Numbered from the stretch's first letter, positions 44,512 through 55,269 are shown. The stretch is 57,399 nucleotides of DNA from a virus (IMGVR_UViG_3300032242_001530:1-57399); one strand, 5' to 3'. Made by a program: numbers and translations. The notes: generated by a model from the letters alone, not told the origin.

Positions 44512-46125
44512 TTATTGTAAGGATATTACTCCGTTTGTCATTGTTAATCCGCCTGAAATACTATGTGCTACAGGGTTACTAAATGGATTGAATAAAAATC
44601 TATTCTTTGTACTACAAGTATCGTTATAGTCTGTGTAGTTAGCTATCGATCCTGTATTATATATAACACCTGAAACGGATGCCACATTTGTTAACCAATG
44701 TTTAACCATTGCAGGAGTAGCACCAGGATTGGTTTGTAAAAATAGTGCAGCTAAACCACACACCTGGGGACTTGCCTGCGATGTTCCGGATAAAACCATC
44801 TGTTTAAATGTTGCATTGTTATTGTAAGTTACATTACCAAATTTATTAATATTGCTAGTGCAACTTGTTATATTTGCACCCGGTGCATATATGTCTACGC
44901 CATTACCAGAACAACTAAAGTTTGCTTTTTGATCTAAAGATGCAGAACGAACTGAAGAATCAATACAACCTACTTTAATAGATTTATCATAGAACGGACT
45001 GGAACCTTGCATATAATAAAAAGAAGATCCGCTGGTCACTAAAGAATTATTCCAATCAGGCCCTGTTGATTCATCTATTCTTGCATAATGATTGCCTGCT
45101 GCAGAAATATAAGTTACGCCTTCATCGACTAACTCTTGAACATCTACGTCCACAGTACCTACTCTGCTAGATACAGTATAGGTTCCTATATCTGGTCCTG
45201 CAACGATTGTACCAACAGGCATCAGCCCAAATTGCCATTTGTTTATGTAACCATTTATTCCAGAACCTGAGTATGTATTTCCCCTGTATGTCATACTTGT
45301 TATTGTCGAATTCGCAATTGAACCAGTATAACCCCAACTTGCATTAACTACTGTTGGTCTTTTTACGCCAGTCACAGGATCTATAGGCTTATTTCTGTGC
45401 CATAACTTTATTACGTCGAAGCAATCTGAAATGGCAATACCTGTACCAGAATCCCCTGAACCTTCTAATCCAGAAACTTTTACAGAATAAACATTTGCAT
45501 TTTTTGCCCAACCATATGTTACACCTGTAACTATTCCTGCAACATGGGTACCATGACCATCATAATCTCTATAATGATTTGCGTTTTGGGATCCTCCCAA
45601 TCCACTAGCAGAATACCAATCTATTTGTTGTACTCTGCTAATACCTTGTTTATTTTTAAATTCAGGATGATTCCATTCTATACCACTATCCTGAATAACA
45701 ACATCTACACCTGTTCCATCTAATAAGTAATCATAATTAGATGAAGGAGATGTTAAACTAGTACCGTAAATATTTGTAGGATTTGATACTCTTTTTAATC
45801 CCCAATTTACAGTTGATCCTGAAGTATTTGCACTTAAAGGTTTGTTGAAATTACCAGTAACAGTAACATAATGACCAATTTTAATATCGGTTCTTTGATC
45901 TGGGGGAATTTCTACGCAATAAACTCTAGGATCATTGTTTAGCAGTTGTGCTTCTTCGTCTGTTAGAGAATAGTGACAACTTCTTGTACTACCATCTCTA
46001 TTGTTTATAATGCCAACTACTCTATCAGGAATATATTGCAAACCTTGCGTTTGCGATTCCATTTCATTCCAAAATGTATCGTAATCTACATCACGGTTTA
46101 AGGCGACGATGTATTCTTTTTCCAT
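44512..46125 (-). CDS. subtilisin-like S8 serine protease with prodomain
   Basis: Catalytic triad: VDVVIQDSG (D), HGTHVAG (H), SGTSQASP (S); oxyanion AAGN. Confidence 0.93.
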   Translation of the reverse strand: MEKEYIVALNRDVDYDTFWNEMESQTQGLQYIPDRVVGIINNRDGSTRSCHYSLTDEEAQLLNNDPRVYCVEIPPDQRTDIKIGHYVTVTGNFNKPLSANTSGSTVNWGLKRVSNPTNIYGTSLTSPSSNYDYLLDGTGVDVVIQDSGIEWNHPEFKNKQGISRVQQIDWYSASGLGGSQNANHYRDYDGHGTHVAGIVTGVTYGWAKNANVYSVKVSGLEGSGDSGTGIAISDCFDVIKLWHRNKPIDPVTGVKRPTVVNASWGYTGSIANSTITSMTYRGNTYSGSGINGYINKWQFGLMPVGTIVAGPDIGTYTVSSRVGTVDVDVQELVDEGVTYISAAGNHYARIDESTGPDWNNSLVTSGSSFYYMQGSSPFYDKSIKVGCIDSSVRSASLDQKANFSCSGNGVDIYAPGANITSCTSNINKFGNVTYNNNATFKQMVLSGTSQASPQVCGLAALFLQTNPGATPAMVKHWLTNVASVSGVIYNTGSIANYTDYNDTCSTKNRFLFNPFSNPVAHSISGGLTMTNGVISLQ

Positions 46126-46129
46126 GGCA

Positions 46130-46423
46130 TTAATGTAAGTCTACCCACATTCCACCAGCATAGCCTTGGAATTTATTTGTACTTGAGTTGTAAATTATTG
46201 TGCCGTTAGCCCAGCCTGTTACGTTGGCTTGTGCTGTTGTATATGAAGGTAATTGAACAATACCTGCAGTAACCTTGCCTGTTATACTTACGTTGCCGGG
46301 AACATGACTAAAAAGATTATTTAGTGTAATTTGTTTACTTGTAGCACCTTGTACTAAATATAACAAGTCCGCTAATTGTCCTGCTGATGCTGGAGGTAAT
46401 TCTGATATTTTAAATTTTGCCAT
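46130..46423 (-). CDS. small fibre-associated virion protein
   Basis: KISELP N-terminus; G.IIYN..T.KFQGY...W.DLH C-terminus. Confidence 0.75.
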   Translation of the reverse strand: MAKFKISELPPASAGQLADLLYLVQGATSKQITLNNLFSHVPGNVSITGKVTAGIVQLPSYTTAQANVTGWANGTIIYNSSTNKFQGYAGGMWVDLH

Positions 46424-46429
46424 ATTATG

Positions 46430-47935
46430 TTACCACGAAGTTAATGTAGCGCGCTTCCAAGTATTTGTAGCAACACATACATATATGTATCCTGAATCAT
46501 ATGTCATCTGTCCCGGATATCCCGTGGATGAACTTGTAGCAGGGGTATATTGTGTACCCATAAAGAATGTATTTGCATAAATTGCATTCCAATATGCAGA
46601 TGTATTTCCTAAATTCTTAGTACCACCTGAAGGCAATATATTGCCGGATATAAAATCATATCCTCTAAATGCTGGCAATACGTTTGCAATAGTATTTGTT
46701 ACAGGTATTGCTAATTCTCTAACCTGTATAACAACGTTTGCTGCAGGCGGAGTTGCAAAAATTAAATTATTATTAACTACACTATAATCCGAACCAGGAA
46801 CTTGAGCAACACCATTTTCAAATACTAAAATATTATCTTGATTAAATCCTGCAGAAATACCAAACGTATTAGCAGATCCTGTTCCTAATAATGTTCTCGT
46901 ATTGAAAATACTACCAGATCTACCAGAAATTGTTCTAATATCTAGATTGGCACCTACGGGAGGAGTAAATGCTAATGTTACTTTATTTGTTGCTAATGTG
47001 TACGCTGTAGATGATAAAGTATTGCCATTCAATACTACAGTTATAAAATCCTTGCTTGGAGGAGTCAATGATAAAGTATATGTAGTATTTGCTGTAGCAA
47101 TAAAACTATCTACCTTAGAAGATATTGCTGCAGTTGTGCTAAGTGCAATATATTCTGTACCAAAGAATTTAACTTCAATATTTGCGCCTATCGGAGGACC
47201 GCTATCAAATGTAATATTTGTACCACTTACAGTATAGTCTGTTATTGGTATTTGTATAACACCTTCAATTGCTACAAGAATACGTTTAGGATCTGATACT
47301 GATATACCTAAAGAATATGTAGTATTTCCTGTTGAAACAATAGTTGTACTATCACTAACTAAAACGCTTGAATATGCATACGCGTTAATCTGACCATTTG
47401 CATAAAGAACTATGTTATCGCCTGCACTTAATGCAGATACTACTCTTGAATTTGTAAAGTATAAATTACCACTTGTTTCAATTACGTTAGCTGTGTATAA
47501 TCTATTCCAAGTATTAGATGTTACAATATCTACCGTTAATGTATTAGCAGTAAATCCAGATGCAGTGATTGTGCCACCAGATAAAATATTACTTGTAGCA
47601 TTGATGCCTCGTAATATTAAATTGTTAGCAAATATACTATCTGTTACATATAAATTGCCACCTGTTATGTATAGATTGCCTGTAACAGTAGCATTACTTA
47701 ATGCAGCAATTACTCTTGCATTTGTAAAATATAAATTACCACTTGTCTCTATTACGTTAGCTGTTGTTAAGAATGGTTGTACTACAGTATTAACTCTTGC
47801 CGCAGTAAAATATAAGTTACCAGAAGATTCTAGTACATCTGCCGTATAAACTACCTGAGCCGTAGGCCAATCATTACCTACTTGTCTTAAGTAGGCTGTA
47901 CGTGAATCTAATATGCCTCTGTTGATTATTGACAT
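46430..47935 (-). CDS. fibre protein with DWP N-terminal motif and TANV repeats
   Basis: MSIINRGILD...GNDWPTAQ; TANVIETSGNLYFT repeats; three F..xP modules; C-terminal YIYVCVATNTWKR. Confidence 0.85.
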   Translation of the reverse strand: MSIINRGILDSRTAYLRQVGNDWPTAQVVYTADVLESSGNLYFTAARVNTVVQPFLTTANVIETSGNLYFTNARVIAALSNATVTGNLYITGGNLYVTDSIFANNLILRGINATSNILSGGTITASGFTANTLTVDIVTSNTWNRLYTANVIETSGNLYFTNSRVVSALSAGDNIVLYANGQINAYAYSSVLVSDSTTIVSTGNTTYSLGISVSDPKRILVAIEGVIQIPITDYTVSGTNITFDSGPPIGANIEVKFFGTEYIALSTTAAISSKVDSFIATANTTYTLSLTPPSKDFITVVLNGNTLSSTAYTLATNKVTLAFTPPVGANLDIRTISGRSGSIFNTRTLLGTGSANTFGISAGFNQDNILVFENGVAQVPGSDYSVVNNNLIFATPPAANVVIQVRELAIPVTNTIANVLPAFRGYDFISGNILPSGGTKNLGNTSAYWNAIYANTFFMGTQYTPATSSSTGYPGQMTYDSGYIYVCVATNTWKRATLTSW

Positions 47936-47962
47936 TATACTTTATCTTTTACTGTTACTTAT

Positions 47963-47970
47963 TATTTATT
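47963..47970 (-). promoter_or_regulatory. possible late promoter variant
   Basis: AATAAATA upstream of the ATG at 47935. Confidence 0.45.
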
Positions 47971-50959
47971 ATGCGAAAGGATAACGGATAATTACGACAC
48001 CAGAACCACCGTTGCCGCCAGAGCCGCCACCTGAGGAACCGCCGCCACCACCACCGCCGGTGTATACAGTCCCTGCTCCTCCACTTGATCCACCACCATA
48101 ACCACCTGGTCCACCGCCACCATAGCCACCTGATGAGGATGATGGGCCAGGATATGGACTTCCGCCACCACCGCCTCCGTATGCTACGTTTGCACCTGTT
48201 ATGAATGATGATATTCCGGGACCGCCTGCTCCACCTGGCGTACCTGTTGCTCCAGGATTACCTGCACCGCCTGCACCACCTCCACCGCCTCCAACGCCAT
48301 TAAATGCATTTGATTGTAATACAGAACCTCCAGCAAACCCTTGTCCTGGAACACCATTTCCATTTGTGGCATACGATGTTGCGGGTGAACCTCCACTTAA
48401 TGCTCCCCCACCGCCACCTGAACCGCCAGGATTACCAGTATCCACATTCGGGAATGAGGGAGATGCACCTGCTGAACCACCCGCACCGCCGCCTACTGCA
48501 AGTAAAATATTTGGGAAATATACTAAGGTATTTGCGCCATTACTGCCCTTACCCGTACTTCCTGTACCACCTCCACCTACAGTAATAGTATAAGTATTTG
48601 CTGCAACGGATATATTACCACGTAAAATTCCTCCAGCACCGCCACCACCGCTACCTGTATAACCACTAGATGAACCTGCACCTCCACCTGCAACTATTAA
48701 ATATTCTATATTAGGCGTTATTACACTAACATTAGTAATATTTAGTGTACCTGATGCATTAAATGTGTGTATTTTATAGCCACCAATTATACTTACATTA
48801 CCACCTGTAGCTTGCGTATAGAATTGAGAATTTGGAATTATTACTATATTACTGCTAGAATTGGATATAAAACCTGTAGTTGAATCCTGTCTTATTTGTA
48901 TATTAAATTGACTAATATTTGCTATATTTGTATTTGATTGTAGTGTAAATACATTACCTGTTGAATTTGCAATAAATGATCCTGTATTACCACCTATAAA
49001 GTTTGTAGTATCTACATTACCATTTGTTGAATAATATAATACTAATCCGTTTGCATTTGTAGTATTAACGGTAACTATTATATTGGATCCCGATGCAAAT
49101 AAGTTTGCAGTAGTTGTTACACTATTAACAACAGGAGGTGCTACGTATGGATAACGGATTAGAACAATACCGGAACCACCAATACCGCTTGTTCCTGGAG
49201 GTGCTGATGACAGACCAGAATTACCTACACCACCGCCACCCCCTCCAGTATTAATTAATGCATTGGCACCCGACTCTGGAGCAGTTGGATTGGATAATGT
49301 GCCTTGTCCTGCTGCAGATGTTGGATAACCTGAATTTGAGCCGCCAGCACCACCACCGCCGGAACCACCACCTAGTAAATATGCAGTCCCTGTAGGTGAA
49401 CCGCCACCACCTCCACCGCCGGCAAAATATCTACCGGGAGCAGGTCCAGGTGTACCATATGCAGGAGGTGCCCAAGAAATAGATAATCCGTTTCCGCCTG
49501 CTATTGTACTTGTAGGAGGTGAACCTGCAGGATCAGAAGGATTCCAATGTCCTTGTTCACCTGCACCTCCACCGCCACCCGCCATAGAAGGATTTGGAAC
49601 TCCTCCATATGTTACAGGAGAATTGATACCACCGGGATATCCTTGCCCCGGAGTTCCTGGACCTGCGGCGCCAGCACTTGATGATGTACCACCGCCTGAG
49701 CCTCCGGATAATCCGTTTCCAACCGCGCCACCGCCACCGCCGCCTGTTGCTGTTAATGTAGAACCTCCACTTATAGCTAGTGTAGAGTTAGAACCTGAAC
49801 CACCGGCCGTTCCATTAGTTTTAAGACCAGCACCACCTCCACCTACAGTTACAGGAGAAGTTCCTGTAGAAGTTATAGCTGTCTGTCCTGTAAGTAAACC
49901 TCCAGCGCCACCACCGCCACCTCCAGCATAGCTATATGGTGAATATCCGCCACCACCGCCACCACCACCGGCAACTACTAAATAATCAATTGTATTGAGT
50001 ACACCTGTAGCAGAAACAACAAGACTATTTGATGTTGTAAATGCGTGAGTTCTGTATCCGTTACTATCTATAACAGTACCACCCGAAGCAGACATATATG
50101 CGATAGCAGAATCTACTACTATTAAATTATTACTTGTAGCAACAACGGAACTTACATTGTTATATCCATAATTAGTAACCACTACATTAAAGTTTTGTGT
50201 TGTACCATATGGCACACCTACAGGTAACAATGTGATTGTATTAGATGTACTGTTCATTACAAATGAACCGGTATTACCACCTGTAAATGTACCTGATGTT
50301 GCGTTACCGTTAGTACTCCAATTAAACACTGTTCCAACGGGTACATTTGTAGCATTGAAAGTCAATGTTAATGTGCCACCTTCTGCTGTAGAAGTACCAC
50401 TTTCAACAAAGCTTAGGATATTATATCCCTTGGATACGTCAGCAATTATAACATTGGATGATACATAAACAATATTACCCACAGGTGAATTTGTTCTGAC
50501 TTGTAACTTAAATGTTTCTCCAGATTCGTCCATTAAAGATAAATCTGCGTTGGCTTTTAATGCAAATGTTCCAACATTATTAATAATTGTAATCATACCT
50601 GTATTACCAACAAAATCACTTGCAGTAATGTTAGCAGTTGCTGGTAATATAGAATAAAATACGTTAGTGTAATTCGGTACGTTGGCAGTGGTCAATGTAA
50701 ATCCAACTAGGTTACCTTCATTTACTGTAGATACATTTGCTGCTAAACTAACAATAGCACTATAATCATAAATTGTCATTGTACTCGTTGTACCAAGCAC
50801 TATACCATTATACGAATCTTTGCGTAACTTAATCACGAAAGTTTTGTTACCTTCAAATGCAAAAGCATCTACACCCAAATTAATATTGGCAAAACCTGCA
50901 GATACCTTAACTGTACCTTGAAGTGAGTTCGATGTAAAATTACTTGCTAATATTGGCAT
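47969..50959 (-). CDS. Gly-rich adhesin-like protein with Calx-beta/Ig-like repeats ('socket' gene, pair 2)
   Basis: MPILASNFTSNSLQGTV half repeat; 3 full repeats; 2 Gly-rich domains. Confidence 0.88.
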   Translation of the reverse strand: MPILASNFTSNSLQGTVKVSAGFANINLGVDAFAFEGNKTFVIKLRKDSYNGIVLGTTSTMTIYDYSAIVSLAANVSTVNEGNLVGFTLTTANVPNYTNVFYSILPATANITASDFVGNTGMITIINNVGTFALKANADLSLMDESGETFKLQVRTNSPVGNIVYVSSNVIIADVSKGYNILSFVESGTSTAEGGTLTLTFNATNVPVGTVFNWSTNGNATSGTFTGGNTGSFVMNSTSNTITLLPVGVPYGTTQNFNVVVTNYGYNNVSSVVATSNNLIVVDSAIAYMSASGGTVIDSNGYRTHAFTTSNSLVVSATGVLNTIDYLVVAGGGGGGGGYSPYSYAGGGGGGAGGLLTGQTAITSTGTSPVTVGGGGAGLKTNGTAGGSGSNSTLAISGGSTLTATGGGGGGAVGNGLSGGSGGGTSSSAGAAGPGTPGQGYPGGINSPVTYGGVPNPSMAGGGGGAGEQGHWNPSDPAGSPPTSTIAGGNGLSISWAPPAYGTPGPAPGRYFAGGGGGGGSPTGTAYLLGGGSGGGGAGGSNSGYPTSAAGQGTLSNPTAPESGANALINTGGGGGGVGNSGLSSAPPGTSGIGGSGIVLIRYPYVAPPVVNSVTTTANLFASGSNIIVTVNTTNANGLVLYYSTNGNVDTTNFIGGNTGSFIANSTGNVFTLQSNTNIANISQFNIQIRQDSTTGFISNSSSNIVIIPNSQFYTQATGGNVSIIGGYKIHTFNASGTLNITNVSVITPNIEYLIVAGGGAGSSSGYTGSGGGGAGGILRGNISVAANTYTITVGGGGTGSTGKGSNGANTLVYFPNILLAVGGGAGGSAGASPSFPNVDTGNPGGSGGGGGALSGGSPATSYATNGNGVPGQGFAGGSVLQSNAFNGVGGGGGGAGGAGNPGATGTPGGAGGPGISSFITGANVAYGGGGGGSPYPGPSSSSGGYGGGGPGGYGGGSSGGAGTVYTGGGGGGGSSGGGSGGNGGSGVVIIRYPFA

Positions 50960-50963
50960 ATCT

Positions 50964-52976
50964 TTATTCTAATGTGTAATATAGTGTTGTTCCATCACTT
51001 AATGTCGTCTGGAATGATGCACTTAATGTCTGTTGAGAAACAGCAGAAGTTGTTTGTCCTGTCAATGTCGTTACTGCAGATCTTCTGTATGATGGGAATA
51101 CAGATATAGAATCTCCGTCACTTGCATTTGCATAACTAGCATACATATTATCTAGATACTTCATTAACTTAGGAGACTGTAAAACTTCCATCGATGAACT
51201 TGGAGGTACTTGTAAATTGTATGCCAAATATGCTTTAGGTGCATTATTAGCAGAACCAATATACAATTTAATTGGTATCGAATAAGATTTAAGGTTTACA
51301 AATTTAACACTTTCAATAACAACATCCGATTGATCTGCAGTTATAATTTGTATATTTGTATTAGACGTTGCTAAATTCTGACCTGTACCATTATATGTAA
51401 TATCAGAAGTAACGATTTCATATGTGAAATATGAATGCAATATGTTACTTGTAGGAGTTAAATTTTGATTAAATCCTTGTAAATTAACTTTATCATTTGG
51501 TTGCAATACTTGATTTCTGTGTATAAATTCTACAATACCACCTACAGGAACAGGAATCAAATTACCCATGTATGCTGTGTTTCCTGCAGCATAAAGAACA
51601 TTAGATGAAACATAAGCAGTATTATCAGATATGTTTGTTACATGTAATGATCTGAGTATAATTCTATCAGTAGAATTTGGCGGCGAGAATGTTATTCCTG
51701 CCATTGCAGATGTTACTGTATAATCTTGTGCTCCACTAATAGTAGTGTCAAAATTATATGTTCCCACCGTACTCTTAAGAGTACCATCATCCATAATAAT
51801 AATACCGCGACCTGCAGTAAATGCTGCTCTGGCTCTTGTATTAGTAAAATATAGATTGGCACTTGTCTCAATTATATTTGCTGTTGTATGCGTTGGAGTT
51901 ACTGTAGCAATAACTCTTGCATTAGTATAATATAAATTTACACCTTCTGCTAGATTTGCAGTAGTAAAGTTTGCTAATGATAAAACTGTATTTGCTGTTG
52001 TTGCAGTATTTGCTTGCGGCGTAGATCCGCTAGTAGCAATATTAATTTGGCCATTTGCTGCATCTATTGTCAATCCAGAACCTTGGAAAGACTTCATCAA
52101 TGTAATTACATTTGCTGCTACTCTAGCTGTTGTAAAGTATAAATTACCTGCAGTTTCAATTACGTTAGCAGTAGTTAATATTGGTCTAATAGTAACATTA
52201 ACTCGCGCATCCGTATAGTATAGATTACCGCTTGTCTCTATTACGTTAGCTGTGGTTAAAAACGGTTGAACCGTCGCATTTACTCTAGCTGTTGTAAAGT
52301 ATAAATTACCTGCGGTTTCAATTACGTTAGCGGTATATAATCTGTTCCAAGTATTTGATGTAATAGAATCAACTGTTAAACTATTACCTGAGAATGTAGA
52401 AGCTGAGACATTATTTGCTGTAACATTATTTGTTACGTCTATACCGCGTATTACTAATGTATTTGCCGATAGAAGACCTGTTATGTATAAATTACCAACA
52501 ATAGTAGCATTACTTAATGCTGCAATTACTCTTGCATTTGTAAAATATAAGTTACTACTTGTCTCAATTACGTTAGCAGTAGTTAAAATAGGTCTAATTG
52601 CTACATTGACTCTTGCATCAGTATAATATAGGTTAGAACCTTCTATTATTTCAGATGTAGTATGTCCTGCTAATGATATAACTGTATTTGCTACGTTTGC
52701 CGTTGATGCAAAGTTTGATACATTCGCTGTTCCTACGCTACTTGTAGCAGCAATATTGATTTGACCATTTGCCGGATCTATTGTTAATCCAAAACCTTGG
52801 AATGATTTCATTAGAGTAGCAACATTAGACGCTACTCTTGCATTAGTAAAGTATAAATTAGATGTAGATTCTACAACATCTGATGTAGATATAATTTGAG
52901 CGGTAGGCCAATCATTCCCCGTCTGTCTAAGGAACGCATCGTTTGTGTCAAATATACCTTTGTTAATTATTGGCAT
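50964..52976 (-). CDS. fibre protein with TANV repeats ('plug' gene, pair 2)
   Basis: DWP N-terminal motif, NLYFT/NLYYT repeats, twin beta domains; ends DGTTLYYTLE*. Confidence 0.88.
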   Translation of the reverse strand: MPIINKGIFDTNDAFLRQTGNDWPTAQIISTSDVVESTSNLYFTNARVASNVATLMKSFQGFGLTIDPANGQINIAATSSVGTANVSNFASTANVANTVISLAGHTTSEIIEGSNLYYTDARVNVAIRPILTTANVIETSSNLYFTNARVIAALSNATIVGNLYITGLLSANTLVIRGIDVTNNVTANNVSASTFSGNSLTVDSITSNTWNRLYTANVIETAGNLYFTTARVNATVQPFLTTANVIETSGNLYYTDARVNVTIRPILTTANVIETAGNLYFTTARVAANVITLMKSFQGSGLTIDAANGQINIATSGSTPQANTATTANTVLSLANFTTANLAEGVNLYYTNARVIATVTPTHTTANIIETSANLYFTNTRARAAFTAGRGIIIMDDGTLKSTVGTYNFDTTISGAQDYTVTSAMAGITFSPPNSTDRIILRSLHVTNISDNTAYVSSNVLYAAGNTAYMGNLIPVPVGGIVEFIHRNQVLQPNDKVNLQGFNQNLTPTSNILHSYFTYEIVTSDITYNGTGQNLATSNTNIQIITADQSDVVIESVKFVNLKSYSIPIKLYIGSANNAPKAYLAYNLQVPPSSSMEVLQSPKLMKYLDNMYASYANASDGDSISVFPSYRRSAVTTLTGQTTSAVSQQTLSASFQTTLSDGTTLYYTLE

Positions 52977-53004
52977 TTTTCTTTTTTACTTTTCTAATAC
53001 TGTA

Positions 53005-53012
53005 TATTTATG
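53005..53012 (-). promoter_or_regulatory. possible late promoter variant
   Basis: Intergenic CATAAATA upstream of the ATG at 52976. Confidence 0.55.
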
Positions 53013-53015
53013 GTG

Positions 53016-55265
53016 TTAGAATGTTATGGTACCTGAACTATAGAACGTATAGATTAGGTTAGATCCGTCTGAAGTATAAGTTACATTAGATCCTGTTACT
53101 GTTGCAGGTTTATAGGCACCTGGATATCTTAAAATAACTACACCAGAACCGCCTGATCCCCCAGAAAGTGTACCTGCATTATAAGAACCTCCTGCTCCTC
53201 CACCTCCAGTGTTTGTAGTTCCACTTTGCCCAGGAGAGCTATTAGTAGATGTTCCTCCACCTCCATTGCCACCAACTCCGTTTCCAACCGCGCCACCGCC
53301 ACCGCCACCGCCTGCATAATATACAGAAGAACCTGTTATATTAGACAACAAACCGATTCCACCGTCACCTGTAGTACCTGCAGGACCATCACCACCGGCA
53401 GTTCCTGCACCACCTGCTCCGCCACCACCGCCATTATGATAGTTACCACTAGTACCACCTGTGCCACCATCGTAACCTTGTCTTGTACTACTTACATAAG
53501 GTGATCCCGGATAAATTCCTTTTCCTGCAGCGCCGCTATTTGTACCACCACCGCCACCGCTACCGCCGTTTCCTCCTGCAAGAACACCCGAACCGTATGC
53601 ACCATAGCCGCCACCGGTTGCAGTAATACTACCAAACACTGATGAATTACCTTGAGTACCAGGATTTGCACTACCTGCTGTGCCACCTGCACCTCCAGCA
53701 CCAACTGTTACTGTTATAGGACTACCGGGTGTAACAGAATATCCAAGAGCAGTTAATACACCGCCTCCGCCTCCACCTGCACCATATGCTCCACCACCAC
53801 CTCCGCCTGCTACTAATAAGTAGTCTACAGATGTTGTGCTAGGTAAAACAATAGGGTAACGTATAATAGCTATACCGGAACCGCCTGCCCCACCTAAAAA
53901 CGTCGGAGATGCTCCACCACCGCCACCGCCACCTGTATATGCATTAGCATTTGTGGATGGAATAGCTTGATTGGGATCGCTTCTTGCTCCACGACCACCG
54001 CCACCTGCACCACCGTCGCCTTTTCTACTTGTATTTTGGCCAGTTGAGCCACCGCCACCGCCAGCAAAATATCTGCCAGGTCCGGGGCCAGGTGTGCCAT
54101 ATGACGAAGGTATTCCTAGCCAAGGTGGAACAAGACCAATACCCCCATCACGAGGACCGTCATTGGCTCCTGTAAAGGAAAGGCCTGCGCCGCCTGCGCC
54201 ACCCCCACCCGAACTAGATATTCCGGTAGGATTACTTCCGAAAATGCTTCCTCCGGGATATCCTTGTGCGCCGGCTACATCCACAGCTGGACTGCCTATA
54301 GCTAGTCCCCCGGATGCCCCGTTTGGGTTATTAATACCCGCACCGCTACCAGAACCTCCGGGGTTGCCAAATTGTAGATAACCCGTAGTATAAGCGCCAC
54401 CTCCGCCACCGAAAGCAACCGCACTAAATATACTTGTATTGACGCCTTGACCACCATTTATGTTTCTAGCAGGAGCAGCAGAACCGCCAGCACCTACGAT
54501 AATACTACTAGTACCAGAAATAGAAATATTTCCCATTAATAAACCACCTGCACCGCCGCCCGACCCAGGTAGACCATTAGGATTATATCCTACTGCCCCG
54601 CCTCCACCGCCTGCAATTAACATATAATCTACAGTAATATTAGATGAAGGACTAGATACTACAAAATTATTTGATGACAAGAATACGTGGTACTTATATC
54701 CAGCAAATGTAAAGGTGTCATTACCGCCCGATGCTGTAATTTCTGCATTAGATGTATCTGCTAAAGTATATGAAGTTGAATTATAAACAATATTTCCTGT
54801 TACAGAATTTGTTCTAAGTTGTATTTGGTATGTTTCTGCACCTTCACTTAAACTATCAGCATTTGCAGTTAACGTAAATGTTCCAACATTATTATTAATT
54901 GTTACAATGCCCGCATTTGCACTTGTCCAGTCTTGATTATTAGTACCACCACCTAATGAATAATATAAATTTGTACCATTTGCTGTATTTGCCATTGTCA
55001 ATGTAAAGGTTACTGAGGAACCTTCGTTGACTGTTGCAGTATTAGCAGTTAGACTAACAAATGAACTTGTATCTTGTAATGTAAATGTAGGCGATGTGGC
55101 AAGAACAGTTCCGTTAATACTACCTGATCTTAATTTAATTACAAAAGTTTTATTGCCTTCTAATGCATATGGAATAGTGGGCAAAAGAATATTAGCAAAA
55201 CCGTTACTGATAGTAACAGTTCCTGATAAAGAATTTGATTGAAAATTACTTGCGGATATTGCCAT
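53016..55265 (-). CDS. Gly-rich adhesin-like protein with Calx-beta/Ig-like repeat ('socket' gene, pair 1)
   Basis: MAISASNFQSNSLSGTV half repeat; 1 full repeat; 2 Gly-rich domains. Confidence 0.88.
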   Translation of the reverse strand: MAISASNFQSNSLSGTVTISNGFANILLPTIPYALEGNKTFVIKLRSGSINGTVLATSPTFTLQDTSSFVSLTANTATVNEGSSVTFTLTMANTANGTNLYYSLGGGTNNQDWTSANAGIVTINNNVGTFTLTANADSLSEGAETYQIQLRTNSVTGNIVYNSTSYTLADTSNAEITASGGNDTFTFAGYKYHVFLSSNNFVVSSPSSNITVDYMLIAGGGGGAVGYNPNGLPGSGGGAGGLLMGNISISGTSSIIVGAGGSAAPARNINGGQGVNTSIFSAVAFGGGGGAYTTGYLQFGNPGGSGSGAGINNPNGASGGLAIGSPAVDVAGAQGYPGGSIFGSNPTGISSSGGGGAGGAGLSFTGANDGPRDGGIGLVPPWLGIPSSYGTPGPGPGRYFAGGGGGSTGQNTSRKGDGGAGGGGRGARSDPNQAIPSTNANAYTGGGGGGGASPTFLGGAGGSGIAIIRYPIVLPSTTSVDYLLVAGGGGGGAYGAGGGGGGVLTALGYSVTPGSPITVTVGAGGAGGTAGSANPGTQGNSSVFGSITATGGGYGAYGSGVLAGGNGGSGGGGGTNSGAAGKGIYPGSPYVSSTRQGYDGGTGGTSGNYHNGGGGGAGGAGTAGGDGPAGTTGDGGIGLLSNITGSSVYYAGGGGGGGAVGNGVGGNGGGGTSTNSSPGQSGTTNTGGGGAGGSYNAGTLSGGSGGSGVVILRYPGAYKPATVTGSNVTYTSDGSNLIYTFYSSGTITF

Positions 55266-55269
55266 ATTT

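Noticed and set aside
15865-54381. Pro- and His-rich ORFs on the plus strand and in alternative frames (e.g. 17077..17325, 48201..48593, 49623..49931, 53971..54381)
   Set aside because: Shadows of GGN-rich codons in the Gly-rich minus-strand genes; no SD or promoter support.
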